Source: Candidatus Cloacimonadota bacterium
GTDB taxonomy: Bacteria > Cloacimonadota > Cloacimonadia > G963667145
Direction of reading: 5' to 3'
Assembly (NCBI GenBank): GCA_963676615.1
Contig: OY781092.1
Span: forward strand, 1,472,001 to 1,536,000
Length of the DNA: 64,000 nucleotides
The notes beneath the pieces were generated by a model, which was given only the letters and a program-made list of their open reading frames with translations, had not been told where the DNA came from and searched no databases. Position 1 is the stretch's first letter. Each line of letters begins with the position of its first letter. Shown piece after piece: positions 40,248-49,388 of this stretch. Both the position numbers and the translations under genes were made by a program.

Positions 40248-41873
40248 ATGAACAGAAAATCTTATGAACAGGGTCTGAGTTCGACACCTCTGCTGGGACA
40301 GACGATAACCCAAAATCTGAAGAAGACAGTTGAAAAATTTCCCGACAATCAGGCGCTGGTGGTGCCGTATCAAAATTATCGGGCGACTTACAAAGAGTTT
40401 TGGTTGCAGATAAACGAGGTGGCAAAGGGGCTTGTGGCTTATGGCGTCAAAAAGGGTGATCGAGTCGGAATTTGGTCGGCGAACCGTTTCGAGTGGGTGA
40501 TTATTCAATACGCCACGGCTCGCATCGGCGCGATTATGGTCAATGTTAATCCAGCCTACAGGGCGCAGGAGCTGAAGTTCGCTCTCAAGCAGTCCGAGGT
40601 CAAACTTTTGGTGATGTCAAAAGGTTTTCGCAAGACTAACTATCTGGAGATTTTGAGCGAGGTGCGCTCTTCGTGCGTTTTTCTGAAAGATATTTTGGTA
40701 ATCGATCACGATTGGCAGAAGCTGATTGACGAGGGCAGAGCCATTTCCGACGATCAGATCGAGGCGATCGAGGCAGATTTGGAGTTTGATGAGCCGATAA
40801 ATATTCAATATACGAGCGGCACGACGGGCTTTCCAAAAGGGACGACGCTTTCGCATCACAATATTTTGAACAACGGATTTTTCATCGGCGAACGGCTGGA
40901 ATATACCGAAAACGACCGCGTGTGCTTGCCCGTTCCGCTGTATCACTGCTTTGGAATGGTTTTGGGGAATTTGGCTTGCACGACTCACGGCTGCTGTATG
41001 ATTCTCACAGGAGAGGCTTTTGATCCGCAAACGGTTGTGGAGACTGTGCAAGCGGAGAAGGCGACTTCGCTCTATGGCGTGCCGGCGATGTTTATTGCCG
41101 AGCTGAATTTGCCGGATATCGACAAATATGATTTTTCGAGTTTGCGCACGGGGATTATGGCTGGCTCGCAATGTCCCGAGTCCACGATGCGTGATATTCG
41201 CACCAAGATGAATATGAAAGAGGTCGGCATTTGCTATGGGATGACCGAAACTTCGCCTGTCAGCACGCAAACTTTTTTGGACGATAACGAGCAGCGAAGG
41301 TGCGCCACTGTGGGCAAAGTGCATCCGCATTTGGAGATAAAGATTATCAATCCAAAGACGAAAAAAGTGGTGCATCGGAACATTCCAGGTGAGCTTTGCA
41401 CGCGTGGATATTCGGTGATGCTCAAATATTGGAACGACCCCGAGGCGACGGCTAGGGTAATCGACGAGGGAAGATGGATGCACACGGGCGATATGGCGGA
41501 GATGGATGAGGACGGCTACATCAAGATTGTCGGCAGAATTAAAGACCTGATTATCCGCGGCGGCGAGAACATTTCGCCACACGAGATTGAGGAGTATTTG
41601 CGAAACCACGACAAGATTTACGATGTGCAGGTTATCGGCGTGCCAGATGATAAATACGGCGAGCGCGTGATGGCGTGGATTATCCTCAAGGGTGATTGCA
41701 CGGTCACCGAAGAGGAGCTGCGGGCGTATTGCAAAGGGCAAATCGCCAGCTACAAAATTCCGCATTATTGGAAGTTTGTCGACGATTTCCCGATGACCGT
41801 AACGGGCAAAATCCGCAAAGTCGAGATGCGCGAGATTTCCGCAAGAGAGCTGGGGCTGATACAGCGGCACTAG
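40248..41873 (+). CDS. AMP-binding acyl-CoA synthetase
   Basis: YTSGTTGFPKG, YGMTETSP, HTGD, GRIKDLIIRGGEN, TVTGKI. Confidence 0.95.
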   Translation: MNRKSYEQGLSSTPLLGQTITQNLKKTVEKFPDNQALVVPYQNYRATYKEFWLQINEVAKGLVAYGVKKGDRVGIWSANRFEWVIIQYATARIGAIMVNVNPAYRAQELKFALKQSEVKLLVMSKGFRKTNYLEILSEVRSSCVFLKDILVIDHDWQKLIDEGRAISDDQIEAIEADLEFDEPINIQYTSGTTGFPKGTTLSHHNILNNGFFIGERLEYTENDRVCLPVPLYHCFGMVLGNLACTTHGCCMILTGEAFDPQTVVETVQAEKATSLYGVPAMFIAELNLPDIDKYDFSSLRTGIMAGSQCPESTMRDIRTKMNMKEVGICYGMTETSPVSTQTFLDDNEQRRCATVGKVHPHLEIKIINPKTKKVVHRNIPGELCTRGYSVMLKYWNDPEATARVIDEGRWMHTGDMAEMDEDGYIKIVGRIKDLIIRGGENISPHEIEEYLRNHDKIYDVQVIGVPDDKYGERVMAWIILKGDCTVTEEELRAYCKGQIASYKIPHYWKFVDDFPMTVTGKIRKVEMREISARELGLIQRH

Positions 41874-41944
41874 CCTTTGGCGGCAAATAAAAGTTGACAG
41901 AGCAAGGCGCAGGCGTTCTCTTGTCTTCATAATTATAAAGAAAA

Positions 41945-42078
41945 AACTTCAGGGCAGGGTGAAATTCCCGACCGGCGGTGACAGTCCGCGAGTTTTGTTT
42001 TTTTTACCTAAAAAAGAAAAGCGAAGCTGACTTGGTGCAAATCCAAGACCGATAGTTAAAGTCTAGATGAGAGAAGTT
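41945..42078 (+). ncRNA. FMN riboswitch (RFN element)
   Basis: CTTCAGGGCAGGGTGAAATTCCCGACCGGCGGT...AGTCCGCGA...ACCGATAGTTAAAGTCTAGATGAGAGAAG upstream of ribD. Confidence 0.97.
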
Positions 42079-42098
42079 GGCTAAAAATTTTTTTGGAA

Positions 42099-42135
42099 GC
42101 ACTTGCCTTGGAGAAACCAGGGTGAGTGTTTTTTT
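42099..42135 (+). terminator. Riboswitch-controlled attenuator terminator
   Basis: CACTTGCCTTGG-agaaa-CCAGGGTGAGTG followed by T7. Confidence 0.85.
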
Positions 42136-42146
42136 GTGGGAAAAAG

Positions 42147-43268
42147 ATGAGTTACGACGAAAAATTTATGCTGCGAGCGCTAGAGATTGCTGAGCTTGGG
42201 AAAGGGTGCACCAATCCAAATCCGATGGTCGGAGCGGTGATTGTCTACCAGGGCAAAATCGTGGCAGAGGGCTATCATCAGGCGTATGGACAGCCGCATG
42301 CCGAGGTGAACGCTTTGCGGGTTGCGGGCAAGCGGAGTAAGGGCGCAGAGCTTTATGTGACGCTGGAGCCTTGCTCGCATTATGGCAAAACGCCGCCTTG
42401 CGCACTGGCGATCATCGAGGCGGGCATCCGCAAAGTTTATATCGGCGCCACTGACCCCAATCCGTTGGTTGCGGGAGCGGGCATCGACCTTTTGCAAAAG
42501 GCGGGAATCGCCGTGCAGAGCGATTTGATGACCAGCAAAGTGCAGCGGCAGAACGAGTTTTTTTGGCATTACATCACGAAGAAAAAGCCGTTTGTTATCT
42601 TTAAATCGGCAGCGTCGCTGGACGGCAAAACGGCAACGGCGACGGGCGAATCGCAGTGGATTACTTGCCCAGAATCTCGTGCTTTGGTGCATCGTTTGCG
42701 GCAGTCTGTTGCGGCGGTGCTGGTCGGAGCTGGCACAGTTTTGGCGGACGATCCGTCGCTCACGGCACGGCAAAACGGAGCGATTGTCGGCGAGCCGTAT
42801 CGCATCGTGATGGACGCATTTGGTTCAGCGCCGCTCTCGTCAAAGATTTTTGCACAACCAACGCCGTCTAAGACGATTATGGTGTGCAGTCAGGCGCTCG
42901 ATTTTGCGAAAAAAAAAGCTTACGAAAAACTGGGAGCGACGGTGCTGCAGGTTGCAGAGCAGCAGGGCAAACTTTCGATTTGGCAGACCTTGGAGCTTTT
43001 GGGCAAAATGAAAATCGACTCTCTGCTTTTGGAAGGCGGCGCAACTCTAGCCAGCTCGTTTTTGCATAGTGGAGCGATCAACAAGTTTTGCTTTTTCTTT
43101 GCTCCCAAAATTTTGGCAGGTCATCAGCCGCTGTCGATTTTTGCAGGAAAGGGAGTCGAGTCGCTTTCTGCGGCGCCAGATTTGTCGATAGATTCGGTCG
43201 AAAAAGTGGGCTGCGATTTGCTGGTTACGGCGTATGCAAAAAAGGAGTGCGGATGTTCACAGGGATAG
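42147..43268 (+). CDS. ribD: Bifunctional pyrimidine deaminase/reductase RibD
   Basis: PNPMVGAV, HAEV, LEPCSHYGKTPPC, SLDGK, EGGA. Confidence 0.96.
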   Translation: MSYDEKFMLRALEIAELGKGCTNPNPMVGAVIVYQGKIVAEGYHQAYGQPHAEVNALRVAGKRSKGAELYVTLEPCSHYGKTPPCALAIIEAGIRKVYIGATDPNPLVAGAGIDLLQKAGIAVQSDLMTSKVQRQNEFFWHYITKKKPFVIFKSAASLDGKTATATGESQWITCPESRALVHRLRQSVAAVLVGAGTVLADDPSLTARQNGAIVGEPYRIVMDAFGSAPLSSKIFAQPTPSKTIMVCSQALDFAKKKAYEKLGATVLQVAEQQGKLSIWQTLELLGKMKIDSLLLEGGATLASSFLHSGAINKFCFFFAPKILAGHQPLSIFAGKGVESLSAAPDLSIDSVEKVGCDLLVTAYAKKECGCSQG

Positions 43269-43897
43269 TCGAAGATTTGGGCAAGGTCGTCGGATTCGAC
43301 AAGCGGGGCGATTTCGGCAGTTTGGAGTTGGTCAGCGCAAAAATCCGCGAGGGTTTGCAACTTGGGGATAGCGTCGCCACAGACGGCGTTTGCCTCACGG
43401 TTCGCCAGCTGCTAGCGGAAAGTTTCGTGATGGATGTGATGCCAGTTTCGTGGCAAGTCACGACGCTGGGCGATTTGCAGCAGGGGCAGAGCGTCAATCT
43501 GGAGCGAGCTTTGCGCGCCGACGGTCGCTTGGGCGGACATTTCGTCACTGGGCATGTCGATGGTGTGGGTGTTGTGCAAAAAGTTACCGAGCAGGGGAAC
43601 GCCAAGCTCATCGAGATTTCGGCGGAAGCGGAGCTTCTCGGGGCGTTGGTGCTCAAGGGTTCAATCACTGTCAGCGGCGTCAGCCTTACGGTGCAGACTC
43701 TCTCGCAAAGCAGTTTCGGCGTGTCGATAATTCCGCACACGGCGCAAAACACGATTTTGGAGAAGGCAACTTTGGGGCAGCGGCTAAATCTGGAGACGGA
43801 CATTTTGGGGAAATATTGTGTGGCTTTGTTGTCGCACAACTCTTTGCAAAAGCAGGAGATAACTCCGCAGTTTTTGCAAAATAATGGCTTTTTTTGA
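43253..43897 (+). CDS. ribE: Riboflavin synthase
   Basis: MFTGIVE N-terminus, GVCLTV, VNLERA, GGHFVTGHVD. Confidence 0.96.
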   Translation: MFTGIVEDLGKVVGFDKRGDFGSLELVSAKIREGLQLGDSVATDGVCLTVRQLLAESFVMDVMPVSWQVTTLGDLQQGQSVNLERALRADGRLGGHFVTGHVDGVGVVQKVTEQGNAKLIEISAEAELLGALVLKGSITVSGVSLTVQTLSQSSFGVSIIPHTAQNTILEKATLGQRLNLETDILGKYCVALLSHNSLQKQEITPQFLQNNGFF

Positions 43898-43932
43898 AAC
43901 AGTTTGGAACGCAAAAATAAAAGGAGGAACGG

Positions 43933-45129
43933 TTGAAATTTAACGAGATAGAAGAGGCGATAGCCGAGCTCAAGCGGGGGAAAATGGTGGTGGTGGTGGA
44001 CGACGAAAACCGCGAGAACGAGGGCGATCTTTTGGTTTGTGCGCAGCACGCAACGCCGCAGGTTATCAACTTTATGGTCACACACGCCAAAGGGCTGGTT
44101 TGTGTGCCGATGACTCAGGGCAAGCTCGATAGTCTGGGGCTTCAGCCGATGGTCGCCAAAAATACCGACGCCAAAGGCACGGCGTTCACCGTTTCGGTCG
44201 ATCACAAAGATTGCGCCACGGGAATTTCTGCGTTCGAGCGTTCTGGCACGATTCAGGCGCTTTTGGACAACAACAGCAAAAATCAAGACTTCACGCAGCC
44301 GGGACACATTTTTCCGCTGGCTGCCAAAGAGAATGGAGTTTTGCAGCGAGCAGGACACACCGAAGCGGCGGTGGATTTGGCGAGGCTTGCGGGGTGCAAA
44401 CCTGCGGGAGTTATCTGCGAGATTATCTCTGCCGACGGCTCAATGGCGCGGGTTCCCGAGCTGATGGAGTTCGCCAAAAAGCACGCCCTAAAGATTATTA
44501 CCATCGAAGATTTGATCGCCTATCGCAAAAAGCGGGAAAAGCTGGTCGAGGCGGTGGCTTCCGCAGAATTGCCGACGAAATTTGGCAATTTTCGGATGGT
44601 TGGCTATCGCGAAATTCACACCGGCAAGCACCACATCGCGCTGGTCAAGGGTAGCCCCGAAAAGCGCACGCCGTGCTTGGTGCGGGTGCATTCCGAATGC
44701 CTAACGGGCGACACTTTCGGCTCGCTTCGTTGCGATTGCGGCAGTCAGCTGGCTCTCTCGCTCCAGCAAATCGAAAAGGCTGGCACGGGCGTTTTTTTGT
44801 ATATGACCCAAGAAGGCCGTGGCATCGGCATTTTGAACAAAATAAAAGCTTATGAGCTGCAAGACAGCGGAATGGACACCGTGCAGGCGAATTTGGCGCT
44901 TGGTTTTCCCGACGATTTGCGGGAATATAGCACTGGCGCGCAGATTCTCAGCGATTTGGGCGTCGGCAAAATGCGGCTGCTGACCAACAATCCCCAAAAA
45001 ATTTCGGGACTTGCCAAATACGACTTGGAAATCGTGGAGCGAGTCCACATTCAGATAAATCACAACCAAAAAAACGAGCACTATCTCAAAACGAAAAAAG
45101 AGAAAATGGGGCATTTGTTAAAATTTTAA
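43933..45129 (+). CDS. ribBA: DHBP synthase / GTP cyclohydrolase II
   Basis: [38 protein letters not shown]. Confidence 0.97.
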   Translation: MKFNEIEEAIAELKRGKMVVVVDDENRENEGDLLVCAQHATPQVINFMVTHAKGLVCVPMTQGKLDSLGLQPMVAKNTDAKGTAFTVSVDHKDCATGISAFERSGTIQALLDNNSKNQDFTQPGHIFPLAAKENGVLQRAGHTEAAVDLARLAGCKPAGVICEIISADGSMARVPELMEFAKKHALKIITIEDLIAYRKKREKLVEAVASAELPTKFGNFRMVGYREIHTGKHHIALVKGSPEKRTPCLVRVHSECLTGDTFGSLRCDCGSQLALSLQQIEKAGTGVFLYMTQEGRGIGILNKIKAYELQDSGMDTVQANLALGFPDDLREYSTGAQILSDLGVGKMRLLTNNPQKISGLAKYDLEIVERVHIQINHNQKNEHYLKTKKEKMGHLLKF

Positions 45130-45148
45130 AAAAATTTGGAGAAAAATT

Positions 45149-45610
45149 ATGAAAATTTACGAAGGAAATTTGGCTGGCACAGGCGGAAAATTCGCCATTG
45201 TTGTCAGCAGGTTCAACGATTTTATCGGCGCAAGGCTTGTTGATGGAGCCGTTGACGCCCTTGTGCGGCATCAGGTTGAGCCAGACGACATCGAAATCGT
45301 GAAAGTTCCCGGAGCTTTCGAGATTCCTCTTGCGGCGCAAAAATTGGCACTCAGCAAAAAATACGAAGCGATTATCTGTTTGGGCGCTGTGATAAAAGGG
45401 CAGACCAGCCACTACGAATTTGTCGGCGCCGAGGTCAGCAAAGGCATCGCCAATGTGATGCTGCAGACGGGAACGCCCGTGGTTTTTGGCGTGATTACGA
45501 CCTTGACGCTGGAGCAAGCCATCGAGCGAGCTGGCTCAAAAGCGGGCAACAAAGGCGCAGAAGCGGCAATTTGTGCGCTGGAGATGGCTAACCTTCTTCG
45601 GCAAATCTAG
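45149..45610 (+). CDS. ribH: Lumazine synthase
   Basis: [35 protein letters not shown]. Confidence 0.97.
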   Translation: MKIYEGNLAGTGGKFAIVVSRFNDFIGARLVDGAVDALVRHQVEPDDIEIVKVPGAFEIPLAAQKLALSKKYEAIICLGAVIKGQTSHYEFVGAEVSKGIANVMLQTGTPVVFGVITTLTLEQAIERAGSKAGNKGAEAAICALEMANLLRQI

Positions 45611-45631
45611 GGCAAAACTAAGGAGAGCAAA

Positions 45632-46579
45632 GTGAACAAAAAAAATCTGCAGTTGATAATCGGCTGTTTGGCTGTGGGGCTTGCGGCGTCGATGTGGAGC
45701 GCCGACGGGCTGTTTATCCGTCCGCAATTTTACAAATTTCCGCCAGCGTTGGTCGTTTTTTGGGAGCATTTTTTCGGAGCCGTAATTATGCTGCCTTTCG
45801 CCATAAAATATTTTGGAGACATCAAGAGCCTGCAAAAAAAAGATTGGCTGGCAATCGGCTGGATTTGCTTGCTAGGCGGATTTTTGGGAACTTTGTTCAT
45901 CACCAAGGCGTTTTTTGCCGCCGTTCACGGAGATGTCACTTTTGCCACCGTCGTCGTCCTGCAAAAACTTCAACCGATATTCGCGATTTTGATCGCTCGG
46001 CTCTTGCTCGGCGAAAAAATGGGCAAAACCTTCTACCTCTGGGCAGCCGTCGCCGTCGTTGCGACCTACTTCATCGCTTTCGGCAAATACGGACTAAACT
46101 TGCAGGAGATCGACTTCACGCACAGCGCCGCATTTTTCGCAGTTGTGGCTGCCTTCAGCTTCGGCTCTTCGACAGTCTTCGGCAAAAGAGTCGTCAGCGA
46201 TTTGGACTTCAAAGCCGCAACCTCCTTGCGCTTCAGCTTCACCGCCATAATTGCGCTGCTCTACACCAGCTTTTCGGGACAAATCGCTCAAACTGCGGAC
46301 TTTGCACCAACGCATTGGCTCTTCTTCGGCTTAATCCTTTGCACCAGCGGAGCGGGAGCGATTTTCCTCTACTATTTCGGACTAAAAAAAATTCCCGCGT
46401 CAATCGCTACGCTTTTTGAGCTCTTTTGGCCACTCACGGCAATTCTTTTGGACTACATCGTCTATGGACACACCCTCACTGCAACCCAGCTGGCTGGTTG
46501 TGCTGTGTTGATTTTGGCGCTGTTTTTCATCGTGCGAGACAGAGAAAAGGCTTTGTCGCTGGCGCTCCAAAGCAATTGA
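45632..46579 (+). CDS. DMT/EamA family transporter
   Basis: About 10 TM in two repeats, LQKLQPIF, YYFGLKKIPAS. Confidence 0.88.
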   Translation: MNKKNLQLIIGCLAVGLAASMWSADGLFIRPQFYKFPPALVVFWEHFFGAVIMLPFAIKYFGDIKSLQKKDWLAIGWICLLGGFLGTLFITKAFFAAVHGDVTFATVVVLQKLQPIFAILIARLLLGEKMGKTFYLWAAVAVVATYFIAFGKYGLNLQEIDFTHSAAFFAVVAAFSFGSSTVFGKRVVSDLDFKAATSLRFSFTAIIALLYTSFSGQIAQTADFAPTHWLFFGLILCTSGAGAIFLYYFGLKKIPASIATLFELFWPLTAILLDYIVYGHTLTATQLAGCAVLILALFFIVRDREKALSLALQSN

Positions 46580-47094
46580 AAAGTTACAATTGATAGTTGA
46601 TAATTCTGCGCCAACCAGTCCCATTTCTCAGAACGCTGTTAGAGATGATGTCTTACCAGACGGGTCTCCATCTTTTCTTTGACCGCTCAAAGAAAATATA
46701 GAGGAGAAAAGAAAACCGCTCCGCTTCAATGCCAAAAGACGCTCCGAGTCACCAGAAAGAATAAAGTGTGGTCGTTCCCGTGTATTTTTCGCAAGATTTT
46801 GGATTTCTTTGGTTAGCGTTGCAGGCTCAAAAGGCAACAGTTCGTGTCTTTAGTCTTTCCTGAAGCGGAGGTTTCCGCCCCATCGCCAGTCTAGGCGAGC
46901 AAGCGGGTGGGACGGGTTAGCAATCATTCAAGTCTCAATTCGTCAAACTTGCTCAAACGACTGAAGTTAGCTGGCTGTCCAAAGGATTTAATCTCTTACG
47001 AAAGGACTGCCCGACTTGATCTTAAAGCCTTTGCTACAGCCACAACGAACGAGTTTTGCAAGTTAGAATTTAGGCTTATGATTTGATTTTTTTT

Positions 47095-48410
47095 GGCACC
47101 GTCCAAAAAAGTGTGTCTAATCTCCAATTTGGTTTCCATTTTCTTAACTTTCTGGGAACAAAATTTTGTCAAATTTAAATTGATAAATCGGATAATTCAG
47201 ATATTTATCGACCTTGTCCATCGCGACCTTGCTCAGCAGCAGTAGCACAGACTCATCGCTGGGCATCGAGTTCCTGATTTTCAAAACTTTCCGAAACTGT
47301 TTATTCAAATTTTCGATCCAATTTGTGGTGTAAATCAGCCGCTGAATTCTGTGGTCAAACTCCAAAAAAGTGAAATAATAAACGACATCTTCTCTATTTG
47401 ATAAGTTCCTGATAAATCGATACTTATCGCCCCATTTTTTTGCAAAATTATCCAGATTTTTTAAAGCAATTTCTTTCGTATAGCGTTCTTGTTCGACGCA
47501 AAAAATTTCCTTCAAATCGTCGCTAATTTCGCTTTTATCACTATTCCTGACCTTAGCTAACAGACTCCTTTTAAAGTGAGTTACGCACTTTTGAAATTTC
47601 GCATTTTCAAAAACTTTGCTCACAACATTTTCCAGCCCAGCAAGACCGTCAGCCACGACCAATTTTGTCGTTTGCAAGCCTCGCGACTTTAGGCGATTAA
47701 ACAAGAATTCCCAGCCAGCAGCGCTCTCGGTCGGGATATTTTCGAGCGCCAAAATGTCTCTGCTTTTGTCCTCTCGGACGCCGACAACCACGCAAAAAGC
47801 CTCCGTTTCAACGCTGTCGAGCCGCCTCAATTTGGAATGTATGGCGTCAATCATAATAATCGGATAGTTTTTTTCTAGCGGCCTATTTCGCCAATTTGTC
47901 AACAATTCTTTGAATTCTTGGCTGATATTGCTGATGGTCGATTTTTTGTAATTCGTGCCAAAAACATTTGCGAAAACATTCTCTATGTCTCTGGTAGACA
48001 AGCCTTTAGCATACAGCTGAAACGCCAATTCTCGTACTTCTTGCTCCTGCTTTTTCAAAATTTCCAAGATAAATGGATAAAATTGACCGAATCTGTCGCG
48101 CGGAATTTTGAATTGAATTTTGCCGCTGAGAGATGAAAAACACCTGCTGCGATAGCCGTTGCCTTTGTTGTTTGAGCTTTTGTTTTCCGCCATAAAAGCC
48201 TGTCTTTCCAGCTTCATAAGGCTGTTAAAAACGAACTCGATCAATTTATTCGCGCCATAATCATTGACATTTTCGTCTAAAATTTTTTGTAGTTGACTTG
48301 CGTTAAATCGCATAAGAATCTCCTTTTTTGTTCTTTTTTTTATAAAAATTGGAGATTCTTTTTTTGTGTCTAGTTTTTTTTGCTGCAGACACACTTTTTT
48401 GGACAGTGCC
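47095..48410 (-). mobile_element. Complete IS256-family insertion sequence (1316 bp)
   Basis: 24-bp terminal IRs GGCAC(C/T)GTCCAAAAAAGTGTGTCT (23/24), T8 on both flanks (47087-47094, 48411-48418), intact transposase. Confidence 0.95.
47144..48313 (-). CDS. IS256 family transposase
   Basis: NGYRSR, IPRDR, GLSTRDI, MIDA, VADGL.G, QKCVTHFKR, IYTTNWIENLNK; ATG 48313 with AAGGAG RBS. Confidence 0.95.
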   Translation of the reverse strand: MRFNASQLQKILDENVNDYGANKLIEFVFNSLMKLERQAFMAENKSSNNKGNGYRSRCFSSLSGKIQFKIPRDRFGQFYPFILEILKKQEQEVRELAFQLYAKGLSTRDIENVFANVFGTNYKKSTISNISQEFKELLTNWRNRPLEKNYPIIMIDAIHSKLRRLDSVETEAFCVVVGVREDKSRDILALENIPTESAAGWEFLFNRLKSRGLQTTKLVVADGLAGLENVVSKVFENAKFQKCVTHFKRSLLAKVRNSDKSEISDDLKEIFCVEQERYTKEIALKNLDNFAKKWGDKYRFIRNLSNREDVVYYFTFLEFDHRIQRLIYTTNWIENLNKQFRKVLKIRNSMPSDESVLLLLSKVAMDKVDKYLNYPIYQFKFDKILFPES

Positions 48411-48500
48411 TTTTTTTTGGTGTTACCTTATTTTTGTTCAGACAAAAAAAGGTAACGAATAAGCCCTCTGATAAGAGAAAAACTCTGCGACTCTTGTAAA

Positions 48501-48771
48501 GATTGCGGGTCGCCGCCCGCAATGACGAAGGGTTGGTAGTCGCCTCCTAGCCTCATTTTTCAGAATGCTGTTAGAGATGGATTCCCTCTTTCGATGGAAT
48601 GAGGGAGAAGTTCAAGAAGCCCAAGGCACGCCTTGGCGTCTTGGGAAAACACAAGCCCCAAGCCCCCCTCATTCCTGCGCAGGCAGGAATCCAGACACTT
48701 CTTGCTTTGCACGGACAAAAAAAAGGGAGCAATCCCTTTCATTTCTGCTTATGCTTCGACTACGCTCAGCA
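48501..48771. repeat. Cluster of REP-like palindromes
   Basis: GATTGCGGG-tcgccg-CCCGCAATGAC at 48501; inverted pair TGGATTCC..GGAATGAGGG (48578-48607) and CCCTCATTCCTGCGCAGGCAGGAATCCA (to 48693); GCTTCGACTACGCTCAGC near 48753. Confidence 0.7.
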
Positions 48772-49388
48772 AACGCTCGTTTTACCAGAAAGAAAACCAC
48801 AAAATCTCCCAATTTCCTCAAAAAATCGTCAAATTTTCACAAAATTTACAAATTGCAAAAAAATAAAAATTTCCCTAAAAAACCAAAAAATCGTTACTTC
48901 TTATTTATAAGAATTTAAGAAAAATCAAAAAATTGGCTAAAAAATAAAAAATAGCTGTAACTATCAGAAAAGAAAGGAAATAGCTGTCTTGAAAAAATTT
49001 TACTGAAAATCGCAAAATTTGCTTTTTTTCAGTGGTTTTTCTTTGTCGATTTTGTTTCTTATCTCTTTGTTTTTGTGTTTTTTATGGGTTTTTGTTGTGG
49101 ACAACTTGTTTTTTTGTGTGCATTTTTGTGTTTTTGGTGAAGCTATGTTGTTGTTTTATAATAAAATATAAAATGTGCTTAAAAGAGCAAAAAAAGTTTG
49201 ACAAAAACTACACGGCATACCAGCTTGGATAGTATCGGGGAAATGTGTATGCCCGAATTTTGATAAAAAGGTTGATAGAAAGTTGGTAACTATATTGTTT
49301 TTTAAGCAGATAGAAAAAAATAGAAAAAAGATAAGATTGTTAAAAATGACATCTAACTTATGCGATTTTATAAAGAAGGAGACACTGT

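Larger units (their letters stand above)
46622..48579 (+). repeat. 26-bp direct repeat pair (46622-46647 and 48554-48579)
   Basis: CATTTCTCAGAACGCTGTTAGAGATG versus CATTTTTCAGAATGCTGTTAGAGATG, 24/26 identical. Confidence 0.85.

Noticed and set aside
40617..41930. 437-aa antisense ORF (and similar at 9807-10883, 12746-13675, 31206-32345, 43225-44358)
   Set aside because: Antisense to well-supported genes; explained by codon bias, with no protein motifs.
1..46600. G/C skew changes as evidence for origin position
   Set aside because: Skew appears to vary gene by gene and with coding strand; it cannot be judged by eye.
46980..47075. Possible tmRNA fragment on the minus strand
   Set aside because: No tag frame ending in Ala-Ala-stop and no tRNA-like ends found.
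46622..48771. CRISPR array or integron attC array
   Set aside because: Only two copies of the 26-bp repeat, no regular spacing, no cas or integrase gene, and no convincing RYYYAAC/GTTRRRY pairs.
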